Below are positions 1 through 8,769 of a stretch of DNA of 64,000 nucleotides, piece by piece. Within the stretch, counting starts at the first letter, position 1. The number at the start of each line of letters is the position of its first letter. The DNA is from Candidatus Taenariivivens baikalensis (GTDB lineage Bacteria; Omnitrophota; Omnitrophia; Omnitrophales; Aquincolibacteriaceae), in the NCBI GenBank assembly GCA_009691445.1, contig SICL01000001.1, forward strand, positions 1,738 to 65,737, in the 5' to 3' direction. Under the pieces are notes generated by a model. The model ran no database searches. It was not told where the DNA came from and worked only from the letters and a program-made list of their open reading frames with translations. Position numbers and translations under genes: made by a program.

Positions 1-34
1 TCAGTTCCGTTGATTTCCGGCCGTCAGGTCGCAC
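1..34 (-). CDS. rph: Ribonuclease PH, 5' end only (runs off window)
   Basis: GAGGA SD then GTG-R-P-D-G-R-K-S-T-E-L, matching the RNase PH N-terminus MRPDGRxxxELR; murI-rph linkage is common. Only 11 codons visible. Confidence 0.7.
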   Translation of the reverse strand, partial: MRPDGRKSTEL

Positions 35-42
35 AGATCCTC

Positions 43-756
43 CTATTGGATTTTTAAAATTTTATGAAGACGAGGTACAATTCGCACATTAGGAATTTGT
101 CTCAGGGCATTTCGCTGCAACTCTTCAAGTAAGGCCATCAGTTCTTGATCCTGATGACCTTCCAGATCCCTCGATATTGGCTGAAGAACGAGCGGCGTTT
201 TTGGTGCAACATCTCGAATAATTCCAACCAGATCAAAAAATTCCTGATGAACAATTTCTTTAGAGAGGACTATCTTAACAAAAGTTTCCTGTTTTGTGGC
301 AATTTCCAAAAAGCGTCGGTGCTGTTCCCTGAAATCTTTTTCTTTGGTGACGCTCGGAGGTTTCATGTCCATCGCAATACAATCACAGAGATGCAAAACA
401 TCTTGAAGGGGCTGATGAAGAATTCCGTCTGTTTCCAGATAGGTTTTAAATCCCCGCAGTTTAAGATTTTTCAGGAGAGGTTTTAAAAAGGCGAGGTAAA
501 TAAGCGGCTCTCCCCCCGTGAGGCTGATGAAGGAATGCGGCCCTTTGTCTGTTTCGAGCGCCGTGACTTTTTCAAGTACGGAATTCTGAGTATGTAAGTG
601 GCCCACTTTATCCAGCTCATCACAATATTCGCAGTGGATATGACACTCTTCAAAACGGATAAAAATATGACGCTCGCCTAAATGAATTCCCTCGCCTTGA
701 AGGGAGGAGAATATTTCGGAAATGCGGCATTCGGAAGCGCTAGGAGGATATTTCAT
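43..756 (-). CDS. queE: 7-carboxy-7-deazaguanine synthase (radical SAM)
   Basis: ISEIFSSLQGEG, CHIHCEYCD, LTGGEP, PRLHK; follows queC; start moved to ATG 756. Confidence 0.92.
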   Translation of the reverse strand: MKYPPSASECRISEIFSSLQGEGIHLGERHIFIRFEECHIHCEYCDELDKVGHLHTQNSVLEKVTALETDKGPHSFISLTGGEPLIYLAFLKPLLKNLKLRGFKTYLETDGILHQPLQDVLHLCDCIAMDMKPPSVTKEKDFREQHRRFLEIATKQETFVKIVLSKEIVHQEFFDLVGIIRDVAPKTPLVLQPISRDLEGHQDQELMALLEELQRNALRQIPNVRIVPRLHKILKIQ

Positions 757-830
757 GGATTCAATAAGCAAAGCGCATAGCGCAAAGGGCACAGAGTAAA
801 AACAATTACCATTTTTTTCCTTTGGAAATC

Positions 831-1523
831 CTATGCTCCATGCGCTTTGCTCTCTGCCGCGGTGAGTGGATCCTTCACGCCCGCTTCAGAAAATCCCTTT
901 GCACGTAAGATACAGGAATCACATTCGCCGCAGGGCTTTTCTTTTCCAGCGTAACAGGACCAGGTTTTTTCAAAGGGAACCTTGAGTCTAAGTCCAAGTT
1001 CTACGATTTCCTTTTTACTCATCTGAAGAAGAGGTGTTTGGATTTTAATCGGATGCTTTTCGACCCCGGTTTTAGTTCCCTTCGCGATCATGTCTTGAAA
1101 AGATTGAATGTATTCTGGCCGGCAGTCTGGGTATCCGCTGTAATCAAGGGCATTGACGCCTATCACGACAGAGCATGCTCCTTTGGCTTCAGCGCAAGAA
1201 GAGGCCAATGAAAGCAAAATAGTGTTCCTAGCTGGGACATAAGTTGCCGGGATATCCTTCATCTCAGATTCTGCGCGTTCGGTCGGTAGAAGAATATTGG
1301 GATCCAGCAACGCACTCCCTTTCCAGGGAAGATTAAATTTTAGATGATAATGAAGAATTTGAAGCTCATACGCGTGCGAGGAGGCAATCGTGATTTCCTT
1401 CCGATGAAGCTGCCCATAGTCCACGGTCAAGGCAATGATTTGCTGGCCTTGTTCACGTGCGAGGTAAAGACAAACGGTTGAGTCTAACCCCCCTGAGTAT
1501 AAACAGACAATTTTATTCGGCAT
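831..1523 (-). CDS. queC: 7-cyano-7-deazaguanine synthase
   Basis: SGGLDS, YVPARN, YPDCR, TWSCY...CGECDSC. Confidence 0.96.
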   Translation of the reverse strand: MPNKIVCLYSGGLDSTVCLYLAREQGQQIIALTVDYGQLHRKEITIASSHAYELQILHYHLKFNLPWKGSALLDPNILLPTERAESEMKDIPATYVPARNTILLSLASSCAEAKGACSVVIGVNALDYSGYPDCRPEYIQSFQDMIAKGTKTGVEKHPIKIQTPLLQMSKKEIVELGLRLKVPFEKTWSCYAGKEKPCGECDSCILRAKGFSEAGVKDPLTAAESKAHGA

Positions 1524-2322
1524 GACGCACCACTTTAACATAGCTGAGGCGCTCCCCAAGGAACTTTTCTCCCACCCGGATAAAATTCCTCGGTTGATCG
1601 CTCACGTAAACCTTAAAAGACGGCTTCTGATCGGGGTGAGCTAAAAGCTTTTGACTGTTGAGAGACTCGACCAATTTTTCCACGGTTGATTGGGCTGAAT
1701 TCACCAAGCGGACTTTGGACCCCATAAAATTTCGTATGAGAGATTCCAGCAAAGGATAGTGAGTGCATCCAAGCATGAGAACATCTACCTTTTTTTGTTT
1801 AATGGGCTCCAGATAATGCTTCACAATCTGTTCACAGATCGAGCCCTCCGTCCATCCCTCCTCCACCATGGGTACGAACATAGGACACGAGCGCGAGTAA
1901 ACCTCCAGATTAGGATTCAGTTTTGTCAGTTTTTTTTCGTAGGCCCCGGTGTCCACGGTTGCCTGGGTGGCAATGACACCGATTCTTCCGGTTCGGGTAA
2001 GTTTGACGGCCTCCCGGGTCGCGGGTTCAATCACATCAATGACAGGAATGGATACCTTTCGTTTAATCACCTGATAGGCGGCGCTGGAAGATGAGTTGCA
2101 GGCGATGATCAAAGTTTTAATTTGATGCTGGAGCAGAAAATTTGTGTTTTGGAGAGAGAACTGAATAATCTGTTTATGGGATTTAATGCCGTACGGAAGT
2201 CTTGCTAAATCGCCGAAATAAACAATCGATTCTTGAGGGAGAACACGGCGGATTTCTTTGACAATCGTAAGGCCGCCAAGACCGGAATCAAAGACGCCTA
2301 TCGGATCTTTTGCCACTTTCAT
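1513..2322 (-). CDS. murI: Glutamate racemase
   Basis: IGVFDSGLGGL, IACNS, LGCTHYP. Confidence 0.96.
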   Translation of the reverse strand: MKVAKDPIGVFDSGLGGLTIVKEIRRVLPQESIVYFGDLARLPYGIKSHKQIIQFSLQNTNFLLQHQIKTLIIACNSSSSAAYQVIKRKVSIPVIDVIEPATREAVKLTRTGRIGVIATQATVDTGAYEKKLTKLNPNLEVYSRSCPMFVPMVEEGWTEGSICEQIVKHYLEPIKQKKVDVLMLGCTHYPLLESLIRNFMGSKVRLVNSAQSTVEKLVESLNSQKLLAHPDQKPSFKVYVSDQPRNFIRVGEKFLGERLSYVKVVRHAE

Positions 2323-2337
2323 AAAATTGATTTCAAA

Positions 2338-2694
2338 TTATTCTTCGTCTTCATCCTCGGTTTCTTTGTCATCATCGTCTTCCTCGTCGTCATCTTCTTC
2401 ATCTTCTTCAGCTTCTTCTTTGTCATCATCGTTCTCTTCATCCTTACCCAGATCTTTTTCGTCGTCAATCAAACAGAGAACGTCACCGCGGGGAACTGTT
2501 TCGCCTTCATCAAAATAGACTTCAGCAAGAACACCTGAGGCGATGGCGGGAATTAAAAGGGTTCCATCCCCTGTGGAAAGCTGAACCAGTTCATCGCCTT
2601 TATTCACCCGGTCTCCTTCTTCAAAAAACCAGTTTTGGAGGGTTGCTTCCTCAATTTGTGCCGCCAAACCTTCGAGAACAATTTCCTTCATCAT
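2338..2694 (-). CDS. Stand-alone lipoyl/biotinyl-domain-like protein with poly-acidic tail; attachment Lys absent
   Basis: W..EEGD.V.KGD.L...IPA..SG.L.E....EGE.V..G..L pattern; STGDG where ETDKA is expected; D/E-rich C-terminus. Confidence 0.8.
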   Translation of the reverse strand: MMKEIVLEGLAAQIEEATLQNWFFEEGDRVNKGDELVQLSTGDGTLLIPAIASGVLAEVYFDEGETVPRGDVLCLIDDEKDLGKDEENDDDKEEAEEDEEDDDEEDDDDKETEDEDEE

Positions 2695-2712
2695 AATCGT
2701 GCCCTTTGTGCG

Positions 2713-3573
2713 TTAAATAGAGTTTAGAAAAGTTTCGCCGGCGTGGTAGGAGCTGCGGACATTGGGCCCCGCAAACACTTCGCGGAATCCAAGTTCTTTA
2801 AGCTCAACCGCCAGTTGGTTAAAAGTATCGGGATGAATATATTCCTGAACCGGTAAAAAATCTTTTCCCGGAGGAAGGTATTGACCCAAGGTCAGGATAT
2901 CACAACCCGTGGCTACTAAATCTCGGCCGGCGGTGATGATTTCTTGATAAGTTTCTCCGAGGCCGAGCATCAATCCGCTTTTTGTTGAGATTGATGCGTC
3001 CAGACGCTTGACGGTTCGCAAAACTTCCAGAGAGCGTTGATAACTTGCCTGGGGACGAATAAGTTTTTGAAAACGCTCCACACTTTCAAGATTATGGTTA
3101 TAAACGGTCGGATGAGCCGTCACGATGAGTTGAATTAACTCTTCACGGGCATGAAAATCCGGAGTGAGGACTTCGACTTGAACTCCAGGAATCGCTTCTT
3201 TAAGAGCTGTCACGGTACGGGCAAAATGGGTGGCGCCTTCATCTTTAAGATCGTCGCGGGCCACGGAAGTCAGCACGACGTATTCCAGATTCATTTCCCG
3301 GGCGGCTGAGGCAACGCGTGCAGGTTCATCTTCCTGAACAGACTCCGGCTTTCCGGTTGGGATGGCACAAAATCCGCAGCGGCGCGTGCAGGTATTTCCT
3401 AGAAGCATGAAAGTCGAAGTGCCGTGCGAGTAGCATTCATTGCGGTTGGGGCAGAGCGCGGATTCACAAACCGTATTTAATTCGTGACGTTCTAGAATGT
3501 TGTGAGTTTTTTCCGCAGAATAAACAGAAACGGAACGTCTGAACCATTCGGGAAGTCGTTTGTGCTGAGTCAT
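2713..3573 (-). CDS. lipA: Lipoyl synthase
   Basis: TVCESALCPNRNEC, CTRRCGFC, VRSSYHA. Confidence 0.97.
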   Translation of the reverse strand: MTQHKRLPEWFRRSVSVYSAEKTHNILERHELNTVCESALCPNRNECYSHGTSTFMLLGNTCTRRCGFCAIPTGKPESVQEDEPARVASAAREMNLEYVVLTSVARDDLKDEGATHFARTVTALKEAIPGVQVEVLTPDFHAREELIQLIVTAHPTVYNHNLESVERFQKLIRPQASYQRSLEVLRTVKRLDASISTKSGLMLGLGETYQEIITAGRDLVATGCDILTLGQYLPPGKDFLPVQEYIHPDTFNQLAVELKELGFREVFAGPNVRSSYHAGETFLNSI

Positions 3574-3609
3574 AATGGGCGTGTTTGTATCAAAAAAAGC
3601 ACAGAGGTG

Positions 3610-4275
3610 TCAAGGATTTGGTTTCCCGTCAAGGAGTTCACGCGGAAAACCAATATCCAGAATGAAAAGCTCGCCCAAAAACAGAGCGGCGTGATCAAAA
3701 GAGAAACCTTTTTTCGGGAGTCCAAGAGTCGCTGTCCATGATGCTTTGATAGATTCCGGGAGTCCTTTTCCCGTATCCGCGTCCATTCCCGAAGGGATGT
3801 CGATCGAAAAGATCTTCTTTCCGGATTTATTGAGTTTCTGGATCAGGATAAGAAGATCTCCGGAAAGCGGACGGCTCAAGCCGATGCCAAACAAGGCATC
3901 AACAATAAGATCGGCTTCGGAAATCCAGGCATCAAAATCCTTACTCACAGCGGGGATCGTCATCTTTTGTAGGATTTCAAAATTAACCCGGCTTTCCGGA
4001 CTGAGCTCCTGAGGATTTCCGGTCAGCCAGCATGAAACTTCATATTCCCGGTTCCAAAGATGCCGCGCTAAAACAAAGCCGTCTCCCCCGTTATTTCCCT
4101 TTCCGCAGAGAATATGGATTTTTTTAACGGTGAGATTTTCCTTGCGGAGCAGAGCTGAAAGCAAGTCCGCACATCCACGGCCGGCATTTTCCATCAATAT
4201 CAAGGACGAGATTCCGTATTCTTCAGCAGTTTTCCGGTCCAGAGCGCGCATTTCCTCGGAAGTGACAAACTTCAT
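3610..4275 (-). CDS. nnrE: NAD(P)H-hydrate epimerase (YjeF N-domain)
   Basis: LMENAG, GKGNNGGDG, IVDALFGIG, DIPSG. Confidence 0.93.
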   Translation of the reverse strand: MKFVTSEEMRALDRKTAEEYGISSLILMENAGRGCADLLSALLRKENLTVKKIHILCGKGNNGGDGFVLARHLWNREYEVSCWLTGNPQELSPESRVNFEILQKMTIPAVSKDFDAWISEADLIVDALFGIGLSRPLSGDLLILIQKLNKSGKKIFSIDIPSGMDADTGKGLPESIKASWTATLGLPKKGFSFDHAALFLGELFILDIGFPRELLDGKPNP

Positions 4276-5783
4276 AACAGAAGCGAGGCAGTAAAGGTCT
4301 CGTGATGGAGTGAGTCTAAATGAACCTGGACGAATGATCCGATCTTATCGGGAGGAGCTTTGACGGTTACGCGCTTCTCATTATCGGAGCGTCCAATGAG
4401 GAAGCCCGGGTGGCGGGAGCTTTGAGATTCCAGAAAAACATGTGTCGTTTTCCCAACCCAACTCTGATTGCACTCCACGGTTATTTTTCTTTGAAGTGTG
4501 AGAAGCTCCGCGTTTCGTTTTTCTTTGATCTCTTGCGGCACATCGTCAGGAAGTTTGGCAGCCGGAGTTCCCGGACGAAGAGAATATTTATAGATGTAAG
4601 CACCGTCGTAGCGAATAGCTTCCAGAGCCTTCATCGTCTCTTCGTGATCCTGATCTGTTTCTCCGCTGAAGCCCGCAATAATATCGGTGGTAAGAGAGAT
4701 ATCCGGAACCAGACTTTTCAGCCGCGCGAGCTTTTCTTTATACTCATCAAAGGTGTGAAGGCGTTTCATCCGCTTAAGCATATTGTTCGATCCTGATTGG
4801 AGCGGCAAATGAAAGCGCCGGGAAATCTTGGAATTCTTTTTAATCACCTGAAAGAGTTCTTCGGTTGCGTCGTGAGGATGCGAGGTGGTGAAAGAAATCC
4901 GTTCAAGTCCTTTGATTTCGCAGAGCATGTCGAGAAGAGCGGGAAAACCAGTCGGCAGGAAGCTGTCGGCAGTAGGCACGGCGACTTCATTCTGCAGACT
5001 GCTTACTGCCTCCTGCTTACTGCCTACTGTAACTTCCGCTCCGTTGTAACTATTCACATTCTGCCCCAACAGCGTAATCCACTGAACGCCTTCTTCGACC
5101 AGCCTCGACGCCTCCCGGTAAACATCCCGGGCTTTCATCGAAACTTCACTGCCGCGCGTAATCGGAACAATACAAAAGGTGCAGACTTTATTACAGCCCG
5201 TCATAATCGGAAGCCAAGCGTGATATTTTCCGGTTCTCTGGATTTGATCCGTGTACTCAATCGAGATACCGTCCTGCTTAATGCTGGAGACTTGGGTGCG
5301 GCGTTCGCGGACAGTCTTGATAAGGTCAGGAAGTTCTTTGAGATTGCGTGTGCCGACCATCAAATCGAGGTGAGGATATTTTTTAAAAAGTTTTTCCCGG
5401 TGCTCCTCAACCATGCATCCCATCAGCCCGATAATCAAATCCGGATTCGTTTCCTTAGCCTTCTTGAGCATCCCCATTCGGCTCTGCACCCGTTCTTCCG
5501 CGTGTTCCCTTACCGAGCAGGTATTCATGAGCACAATGTCAGAATCAATCCGCCGCCAATCTTTCTTCTTTTGTCTGTCATTGCGAGGAGTTTCCAGCGA
5601 CGAAGCAATCTGAGATTGCTTCACTTCGTTCGCAATGACGGATGACTCTTCATCCTCATGCTCATGCGCAATCTCATACCCCTGATGCTTCAGAATCCCC
5701 GACGCCACTTCCGTGTCATAGACATTCATCTGACAGCCAAAGGTCTTTATGGTGACTTTTAGTGGTTTATCTTGTTTATTCAT
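4272..5783 (-). CDS. miaB: tRNA i6A37 methylthiotransferase with two repeat-derived in-frame insertions
   Basis: TFGCQMN, NTCSVRE.AE, GCNKVCTFC, GQNVNSY, TDIIAGF, C-terminal TRAM domain. Confidence 0.95.
   Translation of the reverse strand: MNKQDKPLKVTIKTFGCQMNVYDTEVASGILKHQGYEIAHEHEDEESSVIANEVKQSQIASSLETPRNDRQKKKDWRRIDSDIVLMNTCSVREHAEERVQSRMGMLKKAKETNPDLIIGLMGCMVEEHREKLFKKYPHLDLMVGTRNLKELPDLIKTVRERRTQVSSIKQDGISIEYTDQIQRTGKYHAWLPIMTGCNKVCTFCIVPITRGSEVSMKARDVYREASRLVEEGVQWITLLGQNVNSYNGAEVTVGSKQEAVSSLQNEVAVPTADSFLPTGFPALLDMLCEIKGLERISFTTSHPHDATEELFQVIKKNSKISRRFHLPLQSGSNNMLKRMKRLHTFDEYKEKLARLKSLVPDISLTTDIIAGFSGETDQDHEETMKALEAIRYDGAYIYKYSLRPGTPAAKLPDDVPQEIKEKRNAELLTLQRKITVECNQSWVGKTTHVFLESQSSRHPGFLIGRSDNEKRVTVKAPPDKIGSFVQVHLDSLHHETFTASLLL
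4949..5029. repeat. Inverted heptamer array (CAGTMGG-like x4 / CTGCYTA-like x5) inside miaB
   Basis: cagtcgg caggaag ctgtcgg cagtagg ... ctgcaga ctgctta ctgcctc ctgctta ctgccta ctg. Confidence 0.8.
5577..5639. repeat. GTCAT-family palindromic element, in frame inside miaB
   Basis: gtcattgcga...gaagcaatct g agattgcttc...tcgcaatgac; encodes VIANEVKQSQIASSLETPRND. Confidence 0.92.
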
Positions 5784-5848
5784 AAGTAATTAAATCCATT
5801 TTCTTTGAATTTCTTAACGACTGCCAACCGATGAATATATATGCTTCA

Positions 5849-6742
5849 TTATCTGACTCTTTCACAATATTCGGATTTGAAATCAGGCCAAAAATTTTTT
5901 ACCAATAACCAACCGAGATGCGTAAGGTGAGAAGCCCAACTAAGATAATCGTATCCTTCTGGCTTTCGAGTACTATTAAAATGCGTCCAGAGCATTCGTT
6001 TTTTAAGTAATTCTTGTATTGTCAGCTGGAACATCAGAATAGCATCTTCACCGTAGTCTCCTTTAAAAAAAGGAGGGATATTCCCTTCCAATTCACCCTT
6101 TTCATTATAACGCCCAAATAATCCTGGCTGCCCTTTTGCCATTTCAGGGTTTTGGTAGAGTACAGCGTAATGGTGAATCGTTCGAATGGCGTCTGTCGTT
6201 AAGCCTTCCGAAACTTGGGTCACGTACTTTTTCCGCTCCTCTTCAAGATGTTCAGCGGCAGCCAACAGTGCGTCTTTAATTTTGTCAATATTTCCATCGG
6301 GATTATAAAGAATCGCTCGATTTTCTTTTATATCAAAATGCAGTTCCTCTAAAGAATGTTGAGTAATCAAAATAATTTGAGAAGTAGGCTTAAATGCCAT
6401 TGCAATGCCAGTTTCAATTAGTACGCCCGCATTACCATCAGTCAAATCCGCAACGAAGAAATGTGAAGCTAAGATTTTTTTAACGATATCTTCAGTTATG
6501 ACATTTGCTGTGCCAGGGATATCCAATGTGTTGTCCGGAGGCAAGAAAGCCTTGATCTCTTCACTCCTCTCGTCATCCGCCGACTTAGCTGCTTTTCTAA
6601 GAACCTTTTCCAGTATTTCTTTTGGGTGATAACTAAAACGGTCGGCCAAAGGCATAGCGACAAAGGTAGAATAAGCATCGGCAGAAAATTTTTCTGCGAG
6701 CGCCTCGTCCCTATAATTTGTGTAAATAATTTCAGGATTCAT
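5849..6742 (-). CDS. Nucleoside 2-deoxyribosyltransferase (NDT)-like domain protein with possible C-terminal winged helix
   Basis: FVAMP...I...I..SHFFVADLTDGNAGVLIETGIAMA; C-terminal ...ELLKK.ML...HLTHLGW; looks more AT-rich than neighbours. Confidence 0.65.
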   Translation of the reverse strand: MNPEIIYTNYRDEALAEKFSADAYSTFVAMPLADRFSYHPKEILEKVLRKAAKSADDERSEEIKAFLPPDNTLDIPGTANVITEDIVKKILASHFFVADLTDGNAGVLIETGIAMAFKPTSQIILITQHSLEELHFDIKENRAILYNPDGNIDKIKDALLAAAEHLEEERKKYVTQVSEGLTTDAIRTIHHYAVLYQNPEMAKGQPGLFGRYNEKGELEGNIPPFFKGDYGEDAILMFQLTIQELLKKRMLWTHFNSTRKPEGYDYLSWASHLTHLGWLLVKNFWPDFKSEYCERVR

Positions 6743-6855
6743 TCGTCAGTACTTTCAGAACACCTTCTGCCAAAGCGCAGGAAACAAGTATTGCATTCGA
6801 AATATGATGGTCATCCGAAAGTTTTGATGGTGATTCGCAATGGCCTGCGGATTAC

Positions 6856-6915
6856 GGGACGGCGTCCCAAAGGGAGGGATTAGATACGCTTACCCTTCCC
6901 TCCCGGACGGCGCCC
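6856..6915. other. GC-rich long hairpin upstream of the NDT-like gene
   Basis: gggacggcgtcc/ggacggcgccc outer stem plus perfect gggaggga/tccctccc inner stem. Confidence 0.6.
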
Positions 6916-7026
6916 AATAAACTCACATATTTGTTAAAAGTTTAAACGAGTTTTGAGAAAAAGAGCAGGCCGACAACGGCTGATCTTTACGCATCATGAA
7001 AAAGCAATCCAGAATGTGACGATCGG

Positions 7027-7410
7027 TTATTCAGTGGAGGTCGAAACACTTGTCTCGGTTGCAACCAGCGCCGTTTTTTGTTCTTCATCATGAGCGGGCT
7101 TTTTTCCTCTTGGAATTTCCACTTCGTTGACCAGGATAAGGTCTTTGTCATATTTTAGAAGCCGGGGACCAGATTTCAGGACCACTCCTCCGTCAGACGT
7201 CGCGACCAGCGAATCCTGGGGCATCATTCCCATCATTTTATGTTTCATTCCCTGACCGCCCCCACCCATCATCATGCCTTGCCCCTCACCTTGATTTTGA
7301 GCGGGCGCGGAATCGTTCTCCATTCCCTGAGTTTCTTCGGCAAACACCAAAGCTCCCGACGCGATAGATAGTCCCATACCAACCACCAACACTAGAATTC
7401 GACTCTTCAT
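7027..7410 (-). CDS. Exported hypothetical protein, Met/Gly-rich
   Basis: AAGGAGA SD, signal peptide ending VFA-EE, GMMMGGGG segment. Confidence 0.75.
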   Translation of the reverse strand: MKSRILVLVVGMGLSIASGALVFAEETQGMENDSAPAQNQGEGQGMMMGGGGQGMKHKMMGMMPQDSLVATSDGGVVLKSGPRLLKYDKDLILVNEVEIPRGKKPAHDEEQKTALVATETSVSTSTE

Positions 7411-7447
7411 ATCATTCTCCTTTGTTTGAAAAAGCAATCTTCAACCG

Positions 7448-8515
7448 TTAAAGGACTTTTACTCTTTTCATCGCGTCTTTGATGCGGGAGAGTCCTTCTT
7501 CGATTTGTTTGATGTCGAGGGCGTAGCTCAGGCGGATCCGGTCGGGAGCGCCGAACCACTCGCCTAAATACGTGATGACTTTGTAATCCTGATAAAGAAC
7601 GGTCAGGAATTCGCGGGCATTTTTGCATTTGGGCAGGACATAAAAGGCTCCCTCAGGTTTCCAGAGATCAAAACCGAGATCGGTCAGGCCTTTAAAAATC
7701 AAATCACGGCGCTGGCGCCAAATCTGCTGCTCTTTCTGGATATATTCTCTCGGAGTTTTCATCGCCGCAAGAGCCATGTCCTGCCCGATCAAATTCGTGT
7801 TCATGGACGAATGCGTTTTGATTTCGCAGACATCTTCCACGATTTTTTTATCGGCACTCCATAAATAACCCACGCGCAGGCCGCACATGCAGTATGTCTT
7901 GGAAAAAGAATTAATCGTAATGACATGATTTCCTTCAATGTGATAATTCTCACGTTCATAGATCAAGTCCTTGTAAACTTCATCCGAGACGACATAGACA
8001 CCAAGCTGCTGGGTAACTTTCTGGATCTCCTTAAGCGTTTCGATCGCTTCCACGCATCCGGTAGGATTCGACGGTGAATTAATTAACACCGCTTTACAGC
8101 CCTTTATCTTTTTATGAAAGTCGCCAAGGTCAATGCGGCCTTCGACGAGATCCGTAAAAACCGGAACCATGCCTGCCATTTCTATAATAGGTAGGTAGGA
8201 ATAATAGTAAGGACGCGGCAACAGAACCTTTTGCCCCTTGCCCCAGCTTCGAAAGATCAGGTCGAGGGCTTCGGACGCCCCGTTGGTAATGACAAAGTTT
8301 TCAGCAGTCGAACCAGGATATTCATACGTGAGCGCTTCGCGAAGTTTGAGTTCCCCTTGAATCAGTCCGTAACGGAGGTCGCGCTTAAGATCAATGCCTT
8401 CAAAGGCTTCCTTGGGAGGTGGAAGGTCAGGCTGTCCGGAGCCAAAACTGATCACACCCGGCCCTTGTTTTCCAATAAAATCGGCGGGACTTTTTAACTT
8501 TAGAATTTCTGACAT
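7448..8515 (-). CDS. PLP-dependent class I/II aminotransferase
   Basis: GQPD, TNGASEAL, NSPSNPTG, SDEVY, SFSKTYCMCGLRVG; GGAG SD before ATG 8515. Confidence 0.93.
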   Translation of the reverse strand: MSEILKLKSPADFIGKQGPGVISFGSGQPDLPPPKEAFEGIDLKRDLRYGLIQGELKLREALTYEYPGSTAENFVITNGASEALDLIFRSWGKGQKVLLPRPYYYSYLPIIEMAGMVPVFTDLVEGRIDLGDFHKKIKGCKAVLINSPSNPTGCVEAIETLKEIQKVTQQLGVYVVSDEVYKDLIYERENYHIEGNHVITINSFSKTYCMCGLRVGYLWSADKKIVEDVCEIKTHSSMNTNLIGQDMALAAMKTPREYIQKEQQIWRQRRDLIFKGLTDLGFDLWKPEGAFYVLPKCKNAREFLTVLYQDYKVITYLGEWFGAPDRIRLSYALDIKQIEEGLSRIKDAMKRVKVL

Positions 8516-8534
8516 GGTCACTCCATCCAATAAA

Positions 8535-8614
8535 TAGTCCATAGTCGACAGTCCATAGACCACAGACAAGTCAAAAGGAAAAACTGTAGACTATGGTCTG
8601 TGGATCGTGGACTG
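8535..8614. repeat. Inverted heptamer array (YAGWCCA x4.5 / TGGWCTR x4), intergenic
   Basis: tagtcca tagtcga cagtcca tagacca cagac ... tagacta tggtctg tggatcg tggactg. Confidence 0.85.
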
Positions 8615-8769
8615 CCTGTGAATTCCGACATTGTACATTCCCTGCCATCCCAGCACAAGACCGTTACCTTACTGCCCTTCCTTATAAGTACTTTTGATCA
8701 CGAGTGATCTTTGAGGATCATGTTTATCTTTGCCTCGCTTTTTCTCTTTGGGTGTGGTAACTTTTTTAC

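Noticed and set aside
2258-2518. Poly-Ser ORF
   Set aside because: Antisense reading of the GAA/GAT-rich acidic tail of the lipoyl-like gene.
4797-5645. 282-aa plus-strand ORF and the many other antisense or overlapping ORFs in the track
   Set aside because: They are shadows of well-supported genes on the opposite strand or frame and show no recognisable motifs.
5849-7026. Complete retron
   Set aside because: No reverse transcriptase in the window and no convincing a1/a2 arms; kept only as an analogy.
8516-8569. N-terminal extension MSVVYGLSTMDY of the aminotransferase
   Set aside because: It reads through the heptamer repeat; a GGAG SD supports ATG 8515.
8696-8709. gatcac-ga-gtgatc palindrome between divergent genes
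   Set aside because: Could be an operator, but it is short, single and has no candidate regulator nearby.
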